Shown: piece after piece, positions 56,377-64,000 of the stretch | Position numbering within the stretch: the stretch's first letter is position 1 | How the letters are laid out: each line of letters starts with the position of its first letter | Assembly (NCBI GenBank): GCA_965199855.1 | Contig: OZ241326.1 | Location: 1,472,001-1,536,000, forward strand | Direction: 5' to 3' | Source: a bacterium | Lineage (GTDB): Bacteria; UBA8248 | Length of the DNA stretch: 64,000 bases | The notes under the pieces: model-generated | Databases searched by the model: none | What the model was told of the DNA's origin: nothing | What the model saw: only the letters and a program-made list of their open reading frames with translations | Made by a program: the position numbers and the translations under genes

Positions 56377-57768
56377 ATGAACATCAGCCGAATGCTCGTC
56401 GAGCACGCGCGCGCCGTCTCGCATGACGCCCTGCCCGAGGAGGCGCGGGATCGCGCCAGGTATTTTCTGCTCGACCACCTGGGCGTCGCGCTGCGGGCGG
56501 TGGAGGCGGCGAGCTCCCGCGTGCTGCACAATTTCGCCAGAAAGCGCGCGCCGAAGGAGGGACCCTGCACCATCATCGGCTCGGACATGCGGACGGACGC
56601 TCCCCACGCGGCGCTCGTGAACGGCGGCGTGAGCCACGCCACGGAAATGGACGACGTGACCACGCGCTCCAGCCTGCATCCGGGCGTCAGCGTCATGCCC
56701 ACCGCGCTCGCGGTCGCCGAGATGCGCCGCTCCGGCCCGAAAGAGGTGATCGCCGCCATCGTGGCGGGCTACGAGACGGCCAACCGCATCGGAAACGCCC
56801 TCAACCCGACGAGCCACTACGAGCGCGGGTTCCACCCCACCGGCACGTGCGGGGCGTTCGCCGCCGCGATCGTAGCCTCGAAGCTTCTGGGGCTCTCGGT
56901 CGAGGCCACGGCCAACGCGATGGGCATCGCGGGCAGCCAGGCGGCGGGCTCGATGCAGTATCTCGACAACGGCGCGTGGACGAAGCGGTTTCACCCGGGG
57001 TGGGCGGCGCACAGCGGCGTCATGGCCGCCTGTCTCGCCCAGGAGGGCTACACGGGGCCGGAGGACATTCTGGGCGGGAAGACGGGGTTTCTGCGCGGCC
57101 ACAGCGACGACTGCGCGCCCGAATGCGTGGTGGAGCGCCTCGGCGAGTATTGGGAGATCTGCGAGACGGCGATAAAGCCCTACGCCTGCTGCCGCTACAA
57201 CCACGCCGCGATTGACGCGGCGATTTCCGTCTGCCGGGCCCACGACATCCAGCCGGAGGAAGTCGAGCGGGTGGAGGTGCGGGTTCCCGAGACGAGCGTG
57301 ATGGTCGTCATCGAACCCTGCGGCGTCAAGACGAACCCCCAGAACATCGTCGACGCGCAGTTCAGCCTGCAATACGCCGTGGCCGTGGCGATTCTCAGGC
57401 GCGCGGCGGGGCTGGACGAGTATGCCGACGATTTTCTCCGCGCCCGGGCGTATTCCTCCCTCATCGGGAAGATCGAGTGCCGGGGCGACGCCGAGATGGA
57501 GAAGGAGTTTCCGGACAAATGGCAGGCGCGCGTGAGAATCGAGACCGCGCGCGGCGCTTTCGAGGCGCATCAGGATCATCCGAAGGGAGACGCGCGGAAT
57601 CCGCTGACGTGGGAGGAGCTGATCGAGCGCTTCCGCGTGATGACGGCCCCCGTGCTGGAGAGGGAGGCCGGCGAGCTGCTCATCGAGCGGGTGCGGAATC
57701 TGGAGAGTCTGGACGGCGTCTCCGGGGTGATGGAGCTCGTCGCCGGGGCGGAGGGGGTCGCCGCCTGA
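56377..57768 (+). CDS. MmgE/PrpD family protein (paralogue 4)
   Basis: HATEMDD, LHPG, GFHPT, KRFHPG, KPYACCR, AQFS. Confidence 0.92.
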   Translation: MNISRMLVEHARAVSHDALPEEARDRARYFLLDHLGVALRAVEAASSRVLHNFARKRAPKEGPCTIIGSDMRTDAPHAALVNGGVSHATEMDDVTTRSSLHPGVSVMPTALAVAEMRRSGPKEVIAAIVAGYETANRIGNALNPTSHYERGFHPTGTCGAFAAAIVASKLLGLSVEATANAMGIAGSQAAGSMQYLDNGAWTKRFHPGWAAHSGVMAACLAQEGYTGPEDILGGKTGFLRGHSDDCAPECVVERLGEYWEICETAIKPYACCRYNHAAIDAAISVCRAHDIQPEEVERVEVRVPETSVMVVIEPCGVKTNPQNIVDAQFSLQYAVAVAILRRAAGLDEYADDFLRARAYSSLIGKIECRGDAEMEKEFPDKWQARVRIETARGAFEAHQDHPKGDARNPLTWEELIERFRVMTAPVLEREAGELLIERVRNLESLDGVSGVMELVAGAEGVAA

Positions 57769-57799
57769 AGGCTTCGTTCGGGAGGAGGGGAGTTTGCGC

Positions 57800-58522
57800 T
57801 CAGGGGGCCGCCTCCGCCGCCTCCCGGTTGAACCGCTGGAAGAGGGAGAGTCCCAAAGCCAGGCGCATCGCCAGACGCTTGAGGAGGTGGGTCGCCATGC
57901 CCTCCTGATACCGCGCGGGATCGCTCGACCCCAGGAGGAGGAAGCCGATTTTCTCCTCCCGGAACTCCAGGGGAACGACGGCGGTCGATTGGATGGCCGC
58001 GCTCGCCGCCTCGGGGAACAGGGGGCCGCCGCCCCCTTCCAGCTTGCCCTTGAGCGCGACGCCCCCCTCCATGGGAACGAGCTCCCGCTCGAGCTTGCCG
58101 AGCGCGCGAATGCGGGAGGATTCCTCCGGCTTCGCCGCCAGCACGGGAACGCCGTCGATGGGTTCGACGAGGAGGAAGCCCGCGTATTCGATTCCGAAGT
58201 TCGCCTCGATGCTCCTGGCGATTTCCGCGAGGCTCGCCGGCGAGGGCGCCCGCTCGAACAGAAGCTGCTCGATTTCGATGAAGTGCTTCTCGATCCGCTC
58301 GTTGCGGCGGACGGTCTCTATCGTTTCGTCGAGGAGGCGCATCAGGCTCTCGCGTTCGCCCTTGAGCCGCTCGAAGAGCTTGTCCCGCAGGCTGAGCACC
58401 TTGGACGAGGCGCTGTCCTGGGCGAGCAGACCGCTCTGGCGAAGCGAGTCCGGATGTTCGATGAAGAAGCCGGGGTTGTCTTCCAGGTAGCGGACGACGT
58501 CCTCCGCCGAAATCGGCGCCAT
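57800..58522 (-). CDS. DUF484 (YigA-like) protein
   Basis: V.RYLEDNPGFF..HP, KVLSL, GS.DP.RY..GM.T. Confidence 0.8.
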   Translation of the reverse strand: MAPISAEDVVRYLEDNPGFFIEHPDSLRQSGLLAQDSASSKVLSLRDKLFERLKGERESLMRLLDETIETVRRNERIEKHFIEIEQLLFERAPSPASLAEIARSIEANFGIEYAGFLLVEPIDGVPVLAAKPEESSRIRALGKLERELVPMEGGVALKGKLEGGGGPLFPEAASAAIQSTAVVPLEFREEKIGFLLLGSSDPARYQEGMATHLLKRLAMRLALGLSLFQRFNREAAEAAP

Positions 58523-58694
58523 CGCGGGTCTCCTCGGGCGGTGTCGCGGCGGGGCGGGTGGGCGAAAGCGTGCGGCGCGGAGGAGCGTATCACGCCGGGC
58601 GGGGATTGACAAAAACCTTCGGGCGGATGAAAAACATCTCGAAGATTTGGGCGGCGTCTATCGCGCCGGGTCCGGTCCACACAGCGAGGGAATC

Positions 58695-59624
58695 ATGGAA
58701 CCCCTAAAGCCGGGAAGCGCGACGATCGGTTTCGTCGGAATCGGAAAGATGGGAACGCCCATGTCGAAGAACCTGCGGCGCGGCGACTACGCCGTGGTGG
58801 CCTACGACGCGAGGCCGGAGAACGTCCGGGCGCTGGCGGGCGAGGGCGTGCAGGAGGCCGAAAGCCTGGCCGATCTGGCGCGCCGCGCGGACGCGGTCAT
58901 CACCATGCTGCCCGACAGCGACGTGGTGGACGCGGTCGTGGACGGCGCGGACGGCCTGGCGGCGCACCTGGGGAAGGGGAAGCTGATCATCGACATGAGC
59001 TCCTCCTACCCCACGCGGACGAGCGCCCTGGCCGCGCGCGTGGAGGAGAAGGGGCTGCATCTCATCGGGGCGCCGGTGTCGGGCGGCGTCGTGGGCGCGG
59101 AGGCGGCCACCCTCGCCGTCATGCCGGGCGGCCCCGGGGAGATCGTGGAAGCCGCGATGCCCGTTTTCGAGACGCTGGGAAAAACCATCGTCCACATCGA
59201 CGAGTCGCCCGAATCGGGCCACGCGATGAAGTGCGTGAACAATTTTCTCTCGGCCACGAACCTGCTCGCCTCGATGGAGGCCATGGTGCTGGCCGCAAGG
59301 CTGGGTCTCGACCCCGAAAAGGCGCTTCAGGTCTTCAACGGAGGCTCGGGCGTGAACAGCGCCACGCGGGACAAGTGGCCCCGCTTTCTCCTGCCGCGCG
59401 ACTTCACCTGCGGCTTCTCCACCGGACTGATGCACAAGGACCTCTCGATGGGCAGCGATCTGGCGCGCGAAAACGGGGTGGCGGCGTTCTACCTGAACCA
59501 GTCCCGGCAGATATACGGCCTGGGCGTGCGGAAATACGGGCCGGATTCGGATCAGACGGAACTGCTGCGGATGTTCGAGGAATGGTCGGGGCAGCGGGTG
59601 GGAGAGCCGCCGGCGCGGCCGTAG
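58695..59624 (+). CDS. NAD(P)-dependent beta-hydroxyacid dehydrogenase (3-HIBADH family)
   Basis: GFVGIGKMG, APVSGG, GHAMKCVNN, LMHKDL. Confidence 0.92.
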   Translation: MEPLKPGSATIGFVGIGKMGTPMSKNLRRGDYAVVAYDARPENVRALAGEGVQEAESLADLARRADAVITMLPDSDVVDAVVDGADGLAAHLGKGKLIIDMSSSYPTRTSALAARVEEKGLHLIGAPVSGGVVGAEAATLAVMPGGPGEIVEAAMPVFETLGKTIVHIDESPESGHAMKCVNNFLSATNLLASMEAMVLAARLGLDPEKALQVFNGGSGVNSATRDKWPRFLLPRDFTCGFSTGLMHKDLSMGSDLARENGVAAFYLNQSRQIYGLGVRKYGPDSDQTELLRMFEEWSGQRVGEPPARP

Positions 59625-59651
59625 CGCCTTCATTTTCCCGGGGTTCGGCTC

Positions 59652-60056
59652 ATGTCTCGAAAAGCGCGTCAAAGACCCGCGGGCGGGCGTCCGGGGCGGC
59701 TCGCTCTCGCGCTCGGCGTTCTTCTCCTGCTTCTTCCGGGGATGGCCGGGTGCGGCAAATCCGGGAAGCGGATGGGAAAGTGGTGGGAGCAGAACGTTGC
59801 GGAAACGATCAAGGGGTGGAACGAGCGCCAGCTGGTCATCACCTCGCATCCGCCGCGAGCCGACGTTTTCGTCAACGACGTCTATCAGGGCAAGACGCCG
59901 CTTCGCCTGAGCTTCAAGGCGCACGTCAGGGATATGTTCAAGGGCTTCACCGTGTCGGTGCGGAAGGAGGGATACCTGCCCCTCACGCGCGCCGTCTCGT
60001 TTCGCGCCGGGCGGGTGGCGTTCCGCCTGATCAAGAAGCAGGGGAGGAGAAAATGA
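59652..60056 (+). CDS. PEGA-domain lipoprotein
   Basis: Lipobox MAGC, ITSHPPRADVFVND..QGKTPL, KEGY. Confidence 0.75.
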   Translation: MSRKARQRPAGGRPGRLALALGVLLLLLPGMAGCGKSGKRMGKWWEQNVAETIKGWNERQLVITSHPPRADVFVNDVYQGKTPLRLSFKAHVRDMFKGFTVSVRKEGYLPLTRAVSFRAGRVAFRLIKKQGRRK

Positions 60057-60096
60057 GGGAGCCGGAGGGGATCGCCCGTTTTTTCCGGAGCCTGAA

Positions 60097-60125
60097 TTGA
60101 CTTTTTCGTCCCGGGTTGGTAGATA
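60097..60125 (+). promoter_or_regulatory. sigma70-type promoter of the rplU operon
   Basis: TTGACT, 17 nt, TAGATA. Confidence 0.5.
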
Positions 60126-60210
60126 GCCCCTCTTTGCGGGCGCGAGCCGGCGGCGCAACGGCGGATTTCCGGCGCGAGGCGCCGCCCGGGACGCGAAGGA
60201 GATTTCTGGA

Positions 60211-60528
60211 ATGTATGCCGTAGTGGAAACCGGAGGCAAGCAGGTGCGCGTCGAGGCGGGGGATCGCGTCCTGGTCGAGCGGCTGGCGGGCGAGGTCGGC
60301 GAAAGCGTCGAGTTCGACGACGTCCGTCTCATCGTGGACGGCGAGGAGGTCGTCGCGGACAGGGAAGCGCTCGGCAGGGCCAGCGTCAAGGGGGTGATTC
60401 TCGACCACGGACGCGGGAAGAAGGTCGTCTCCTTCCGCTTCAAGCGCCGCAAGAAGGTTCGCGTCAAGCGGGGCCACAGGCAACCCTACACGCGGGTAGA
60501 GGTTACGGACATCCTCGCTTCAGGATAG
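60211..60528 (+). CDS. rplU: 50S ribosomal protein L21
   Basis: MYAVVETGGKQ...GHRQPYT. Confidence 0.98.
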   Translation: MYAVVETGGKQVRVEAGDRVLVERLAGEVGESVEFDDVRLIVDGEEVVADREALGRASVKGVILDHGRGKKVVSFRFKRRKKVRVKRGHRQPYTRVEVTDILASG

Positions 60529-60540
60529 AGGAATCGGAAA

Positions 60541-60798
60541 ATGGCGCACAAGAAAGCCGGCGGAAGCTCCTCGAACGGGCGCGACAGCGCGGGGCGCCGC
60601 CTGGGCGTGAAGCGCTTCGCGGGCGAGCGCGTGAGTCCGGGCGCCATCATCGTCCGGCAGCGCGGCACCGTCTTTCATCCGGGCGAGAACGTAGGTCTCG
60701 GCAACGACCACACGCTCTTCGCCAAGGCGAACGGAACCTTGAAGTTCGAGCGCAAGGCCAGGGGCCGCCGAATCGTCAGCGTCATTCCGGCGGAGTAG
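60541..60798 (+). CDS. rpmA: 50S ribosomal protein L27
   Basis: [16 protein letters not shown]...RLGVK. Confidence 0.98.
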   Translation: MAHKKAGGSSSNGRDSAGRRLGVKRFAGERVSPGAIIVRQRGTVFHPGENVGLGNDHTLFAKANGTLKFERKARGRRIVSVIPAE

Positions 60799-60827
60799 CC
60801 CCCGCATGGGCAGGCTCCGCCCCCGCC

Positions 60828-61871
60828 ATGTTCGTCGATACCGCTAAAGTCCGCGCGCGCGCCGGCCGTGGAGGAGACGGCTGCCTCAGCTTCCGGCGGG
60901 AGAAGTTCGCGCCCAGGGGCGGCCCCGACGGGGGCGACGGCGGCCGGGGCGGACACGTGGTTTTTCGCGCCTCCTCCTCCCTGAACACGCTGGCGGGCTT
61001 CCGCTACCAGCCGCTTTTGCGCGCGGGCGGGGGCCAGGCGGGCATGGGGAGCAGAAAGCGCGGCGCCGACGGGGAGGATTTGCTGCTGGAAGCCCCGCTC
61101 GGAACCATCGCGCGCGACTCCGAAACGGGGGAGGTCGTCGCCGACCTCTCCGAGGAGGGGCGCGAGGTCGTCGTCGCGCGCGGCGGCCGGGGCGGACGCG
61201 GCAACGAGCGCTTCAAGAGCTCGACGAACCGCGCCCCGCGGAAGACGACGAAGGGAAGGGCGGGGGAGGAGCGCGTCCTCGAGCTGGAGCTCAAGCTGCT
61301 CGCCGACGTGGGCCTCATCGGGATGCCCAACGCCGGAAAATCCACCCTCATATCGAGAATCTCCGAGAGCAGGCCGAAGATCGCCGACTACCCCTTCACC
61401 ACCCTCCAGCCCAGCCTGGGGGTGGTCGCGCTGGGCGATTACGATTCCTGCGTGGCGGCCGACGTTCCGGGGCTGATACCGGGGGCGAGCGAGGGCAGGG
61501 GGCTGGGGCTTCGGTTCCTGCGGCACGTGGAGCGCTGCGGGCTGCTGCTCCATCTGGTGGACGCCTCCTCGCCGCCCGCGCGGGGACTCGCGGACTTCGA
61601 CGCCGTGTCGCGCGAGCTGTCCGCCTTCTCGCCCCTGCTGGCGGAAAAGCCGAGGATGGCCGTTTTGACGAAGATGGACGCCGTGGAACCCGGAGAACCC
61701 CTGACGGCGCTGTGCGAGGGACTGAAGGCGCGGGGGGTGGAGGCGCTCTGCGTCTCGGCGGTTTCGGGCTTCGGTCTGAAGGAGCTGCTGGGGGTGGTGG
61801 CCCGAATGCTCGAGGAGGCGCGGGCGCGGCGGGAGGACGCCGTTCCTCTCGCGCGGATGGAGAACGCATGA
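60828..61871 (+). CDS. obgE: GTPase ObgE/CgtA
   Basis: MFVD, GGPDGGDGG, GMPNAGKST, DYPFTT, DVPG, TKMD. Confidence 0.97.
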   Translation: MFVDTAKVRARAGRGGDGCLSFRREKFAPRGGPDGGDGGRGGHVVFRASSSLNTLAGFRYQPLLRAGGGQAGMGSRKRGADGEDLLLEAPLGTIARDSETGEVVADLSEEGREVVVARGGRGGRGNERFKSSTNRAPRKTTKGRAGEERVLELELKLLADVGLIGMPNAGKSTLISRISESRPKIADYPFTTLQPSLGVVALGDYDSCVAADVPGLIPGASEGRGLGLRFLRHVERCGLLLHLVDASSPPARGLADFDAVSRELSAFSPLLAEKPRMAVLTKMDAVEPGEPLTALCEGLKARGVEALCVSAVSGFGLKELLGVVARMLEEARARREDAVPLARMENA

Positions 61872-63016
61872 GCGAAGAGATGGCGAGGAGGAGCGACGCC
61901 GCCCTCGGCAGCCGGCGCGTCGTCGTCAAGGTGGGGAGCTCCGTCCTGACGGCCTCGCATGAGCTGGGCGTGAACCGGCGGGTGCTGGGGCGCATCGCCG
62001 CGCAGGTGGCGAAGCTCCGGGAGGAGGGCAGGCAGGTCGTCGTGGTCTCCTCGGGCGCCATCGCGGCGGGCGTCAAGCGGCTGGGCCTCGCGGGAATCCC
62101 CAGGGCGGTTCCCGAGCGCCAGGCCGCCGCCGCCGTCGGCCAGCCGATTCTGATGGAGGCTTACGGCCGCGCCTTCCGGCGCAGGGGCATCGAGACGGCC
62201 CAGGTGCTGCTCATCCACTCTGACCTCGACGAGCGGAGCCGCTTTCTGAACGCCTGCAACACCTTCGAGACGCTCATGGGCCGGGGCGTGCTCCCGATCG
62301 TGAACGAGAACGACACCGTCTCGGTGCGGGAGATACGCTTCGGCGACAACGACACGCTCGCCGCCCAGGCGGCGCGGATGGTGCAGGCGGGCCTCCTGGT
62401 CATCCTCTCCGACGTGGAGGGGCTCTACGACGCCGACCCCAGGGCGTCGGACGCGGCGCGCCTGATTCCCCGCGTGGAGGGCCTGCCGAGGGAGATTTCC
62501 GCGGTCGCCGGCGTCAGCGCGAACCCCCTCGCCCACGGGGGAATGCGGACGAAGGTCGAGGCGGTGCGGATTCTCGACAAGGTGGGCATCGGCGTCCTCA
62601 TCGTGAAGGGGCGCGAGCCCGGCGTCATCGAGCGCGCCCTGGGAGGCGAGCCGCTGGGGACGCTTTTCGTGCCCAACGGTGCGCGCCTCAAGGGAAGAAA
62701 GGGCTGGATAGGCATCACGGCGAAGCCGCGCGGCTGGCTCCAGCTCGACGGCGGCGCGGTGAACGCCATGGTGAAGCGGGGCAAGAGCCTTCTGCCCAGC
62801 GGGGTCGTCTCCGTCGGGGGAAACTTCCGCTTCGGCGACGTGGTGGAGCTGCGAGACGCCGGGGGGGCGGCGCTCGGCCGGGGCCTGGCGAACTACTCGA
62901 GCGAGGACGCGGCGCGAATCGCCGGCCGGCAGACGAGGGAGATCGCCTCCATCCTCGGCGGCAAGGACTACGACGAGATCGTCCACCGCAACAACTTCGT
63001 CCTCATCGAGCGCTGA
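61868..63016 (+). CDS. proB: Glutamate 5-kinase with PUA domain
   Basis: VVKVGSS, SSGAIAAG, NENDTV, FGDND, GGMRTK, SLLPSG. Confidence 0.97.
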   Translation: MSEEMARRSDAALGSRRVVVKVGSSVLTASHELGVNRRVLGRIAAQVAKLREEGRQVVVVSSGAIAAGVKRLGLAGIPRAVPERQAAAAVGQPILMEAYGRAFRRRGIETAQVLLIHSDLDERSRFLNACNTFETLMGRGVLPIVNENDTVSVREIRFGDNDTLAAQAARMVQAGLLVILSDVEGLYDADPRASDAARLIPRVEGLPREISAVAGVSANPLAHGGMRTKVEAVRILDKVGIGVLIVKGREPGVIERALGGEPLGTLFVPNGARLKGRKGWIGITAKPRGWLQLDGGAVNAMVKRGKSLLPSGVVSVGGNFRFGDVVELRDAGGAALGRGLANYSSEDAARIAGRQTREIASILGGKDYDEIVHRNNFVLIER

Positions 63017-63699
63017 TGGGCGAGGGACGGCCGCGCGTCGGCGTTCTGGGAGGGACGTTCAACCCGGTTCACTACGGGCATCTGCGCTCCGCCGAGGAGG
63101 CGCGCCGCGCCCTCGCCCTCGATGAGGTGCGCTTCGTTCCCTCCGCCTCGCCGCCCCACAAGCCCGAAGGGGAGGTCGCGCCCGCGGCGGACAGGCTGGA
63201 GATGGTGCGCATCGCCCTGAAAAAATATCCGGCGCTCGTCTGCGACCCCCTCGAGGTGGAGCGGGGCGGCGTCTCCTACACGCTCGACACCCTGAGGGAG
63301 ATGGCGGGGCGCGCCCCCGAAGGCGCCGGGCTGTTCTTCATCATCGGCGCGGACGCTTTCGCCGAGCTGCGCGAGTGGCACAGGCCGCGAGAGGCGCTGG
63401 GCGCGGCGAATTTCGCCGTCACCCTGCGGGGCGGCCAGAATTCCCCGGAGAATCTCGAAGCGCTTCTTCGCCTCATCCGGGAGGTCGAGCCGGGCTATCG
63501 CGCGGAGGCGGGGGAGGCGCGCTTCGACGCGAAGGGGCGCGTCGTCAGGTTCGTTCCGATCCCCGAGATCGATGTTTCGGCCACGCGGATCAGGCGGCGC
63601 GTGAGGGAGGGCGCCCCCGTCCGGCGCTTGTTGCCGCGCGAGGTCGAACTCTATATAATCCGCCGCCGATTGTATGGACATCCGGGAGTCGTTTCCTGA
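63016..63699 (+). CDS. nadD: Nicotinate-nucleotide adenylyltransferase
   Basis: GGTFNPVHYGH, PPHK, SYTLDTL, IIGAD, VSATRIR. Confidence 0.96.
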   Translation: MGEGRPRVGVLGGTFNPVHYGHLRSAEEARRALALDEVRFVPSASPPHKPEGEVAPAADRLEMVRIALKKYPALVCDPLEVERGGVSYTLDTLREMAGRAPEGAGLFFIIGADAFAELREWHRPREALGAANFAVTLRGGQNSPENLEALLRLIREVEPGYRAEAGEARFDAKGRVVRFVPIPEIDVSATRIRRRVREGAPVRRLLPREVELYIIRRRLYGHPGVVS

Positions 63700-63721
63700 C
63701 GAGCAGGGGGGATGCGGACCC

Positions 63722-64000
63722 ATCGAGACGCTGGAAAGCCGCCTTTGCGCCGTTCGGGAGGCGCTGGAAGCGAAAAAGGCGATGGAGGTCGCGCTTCTCG
63801 ACCTTCGGCCGCTCTCGCTGGAGGTGGACGCCTTCCTGATATGCCACGGAACGAGCCCCCGCCACGTGAAGGCGCTCTGCGAGGCGGCGGGGGAGGAAAT
63901 CCGGGAGAGCGGAGAGAGTCTGCTGTCCGTCGAAGGGCTGGAGGAGGCGGGCTGGGTGCTGATGGACTGCGGCGACTTTCTCATCCACATCTTCAGCGAG
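63722..64000 (+). CDS. rsfS: Ribosomal silencing factor RsfS (partial, runs off the window end)
   Basis: Manual translation ...ALEAKKAMEVALLDLR...FLICHGTSPRHVKAL...EG....WVLMDCGDFLIHIF. Start is ATC 63722 or ATG 63674. Confidence 0.9.
   Translation, partial: METLESRLCAVREALEAKKAMEVALLDLRPLSLEVDAFLICHGTSPRHVKALCEAAGEEIRESGESLLSVEGLEEAGWVLMDCGDFLIHIFSE

Noticed and set aside
1-64000. CRISPR arrays, tRNA/rRNA genes, IS elements, integrases, prophage
   Set aside because: No regularly spaced repeats, cloverleaf or T-loop contexts, or transposase, integrase or phage motifs were seen

Overview
High-GC bacterial chromosomal segment with about 60 plausible CDSs. I found no rRNA, tRNA, CRISPR array, transposase or prophage. 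Housekeeping genes are hflX (partial), mgtE, leuS, mqnD, pepA, rsmD, leuA, mnmA, hinT and rplU-rpmA-obgE-proB-nadD-rsfS. They are interleaved with many small-molecule catabolic enzymes: glcDEF, four MmgE/PrpD paralogues, three VOC proteins, three cupins, three MFS transporters, a cyclase plus FAD oxidoreductase, a deaminase plus AtzD/barbiturase-family pair, and E1a/E1b/E2 plus a CitE-like lyase. The most notable signals lie outside the ORF track. (i) An amino-DNA methyltransferase carries an in-frame (CAAG)6 tract and is a candidate phase-variable epigenetic switch. (ii) A stand-alone, highly structured transcript of about 210 nt (36358-36601) has a near-consensus promoter, a 31-aa Arg/Lys-rich ORF and alternative terminator/antiterminator folds, but no convincing downstream sense gene. 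(iii) A DnaA-box cluster with an AT-rich tract and an IHF-like site (47272-47463) lies away from dnaA and could be oriC or DARS/datA-like. (iv) A Dam-family methylase is paired with a lower-GC DUF2130-like gene. (v) hflX and rsfS may start at ATC codons. All functional calls come from motif recognition by eye; no database searches or computations were run.
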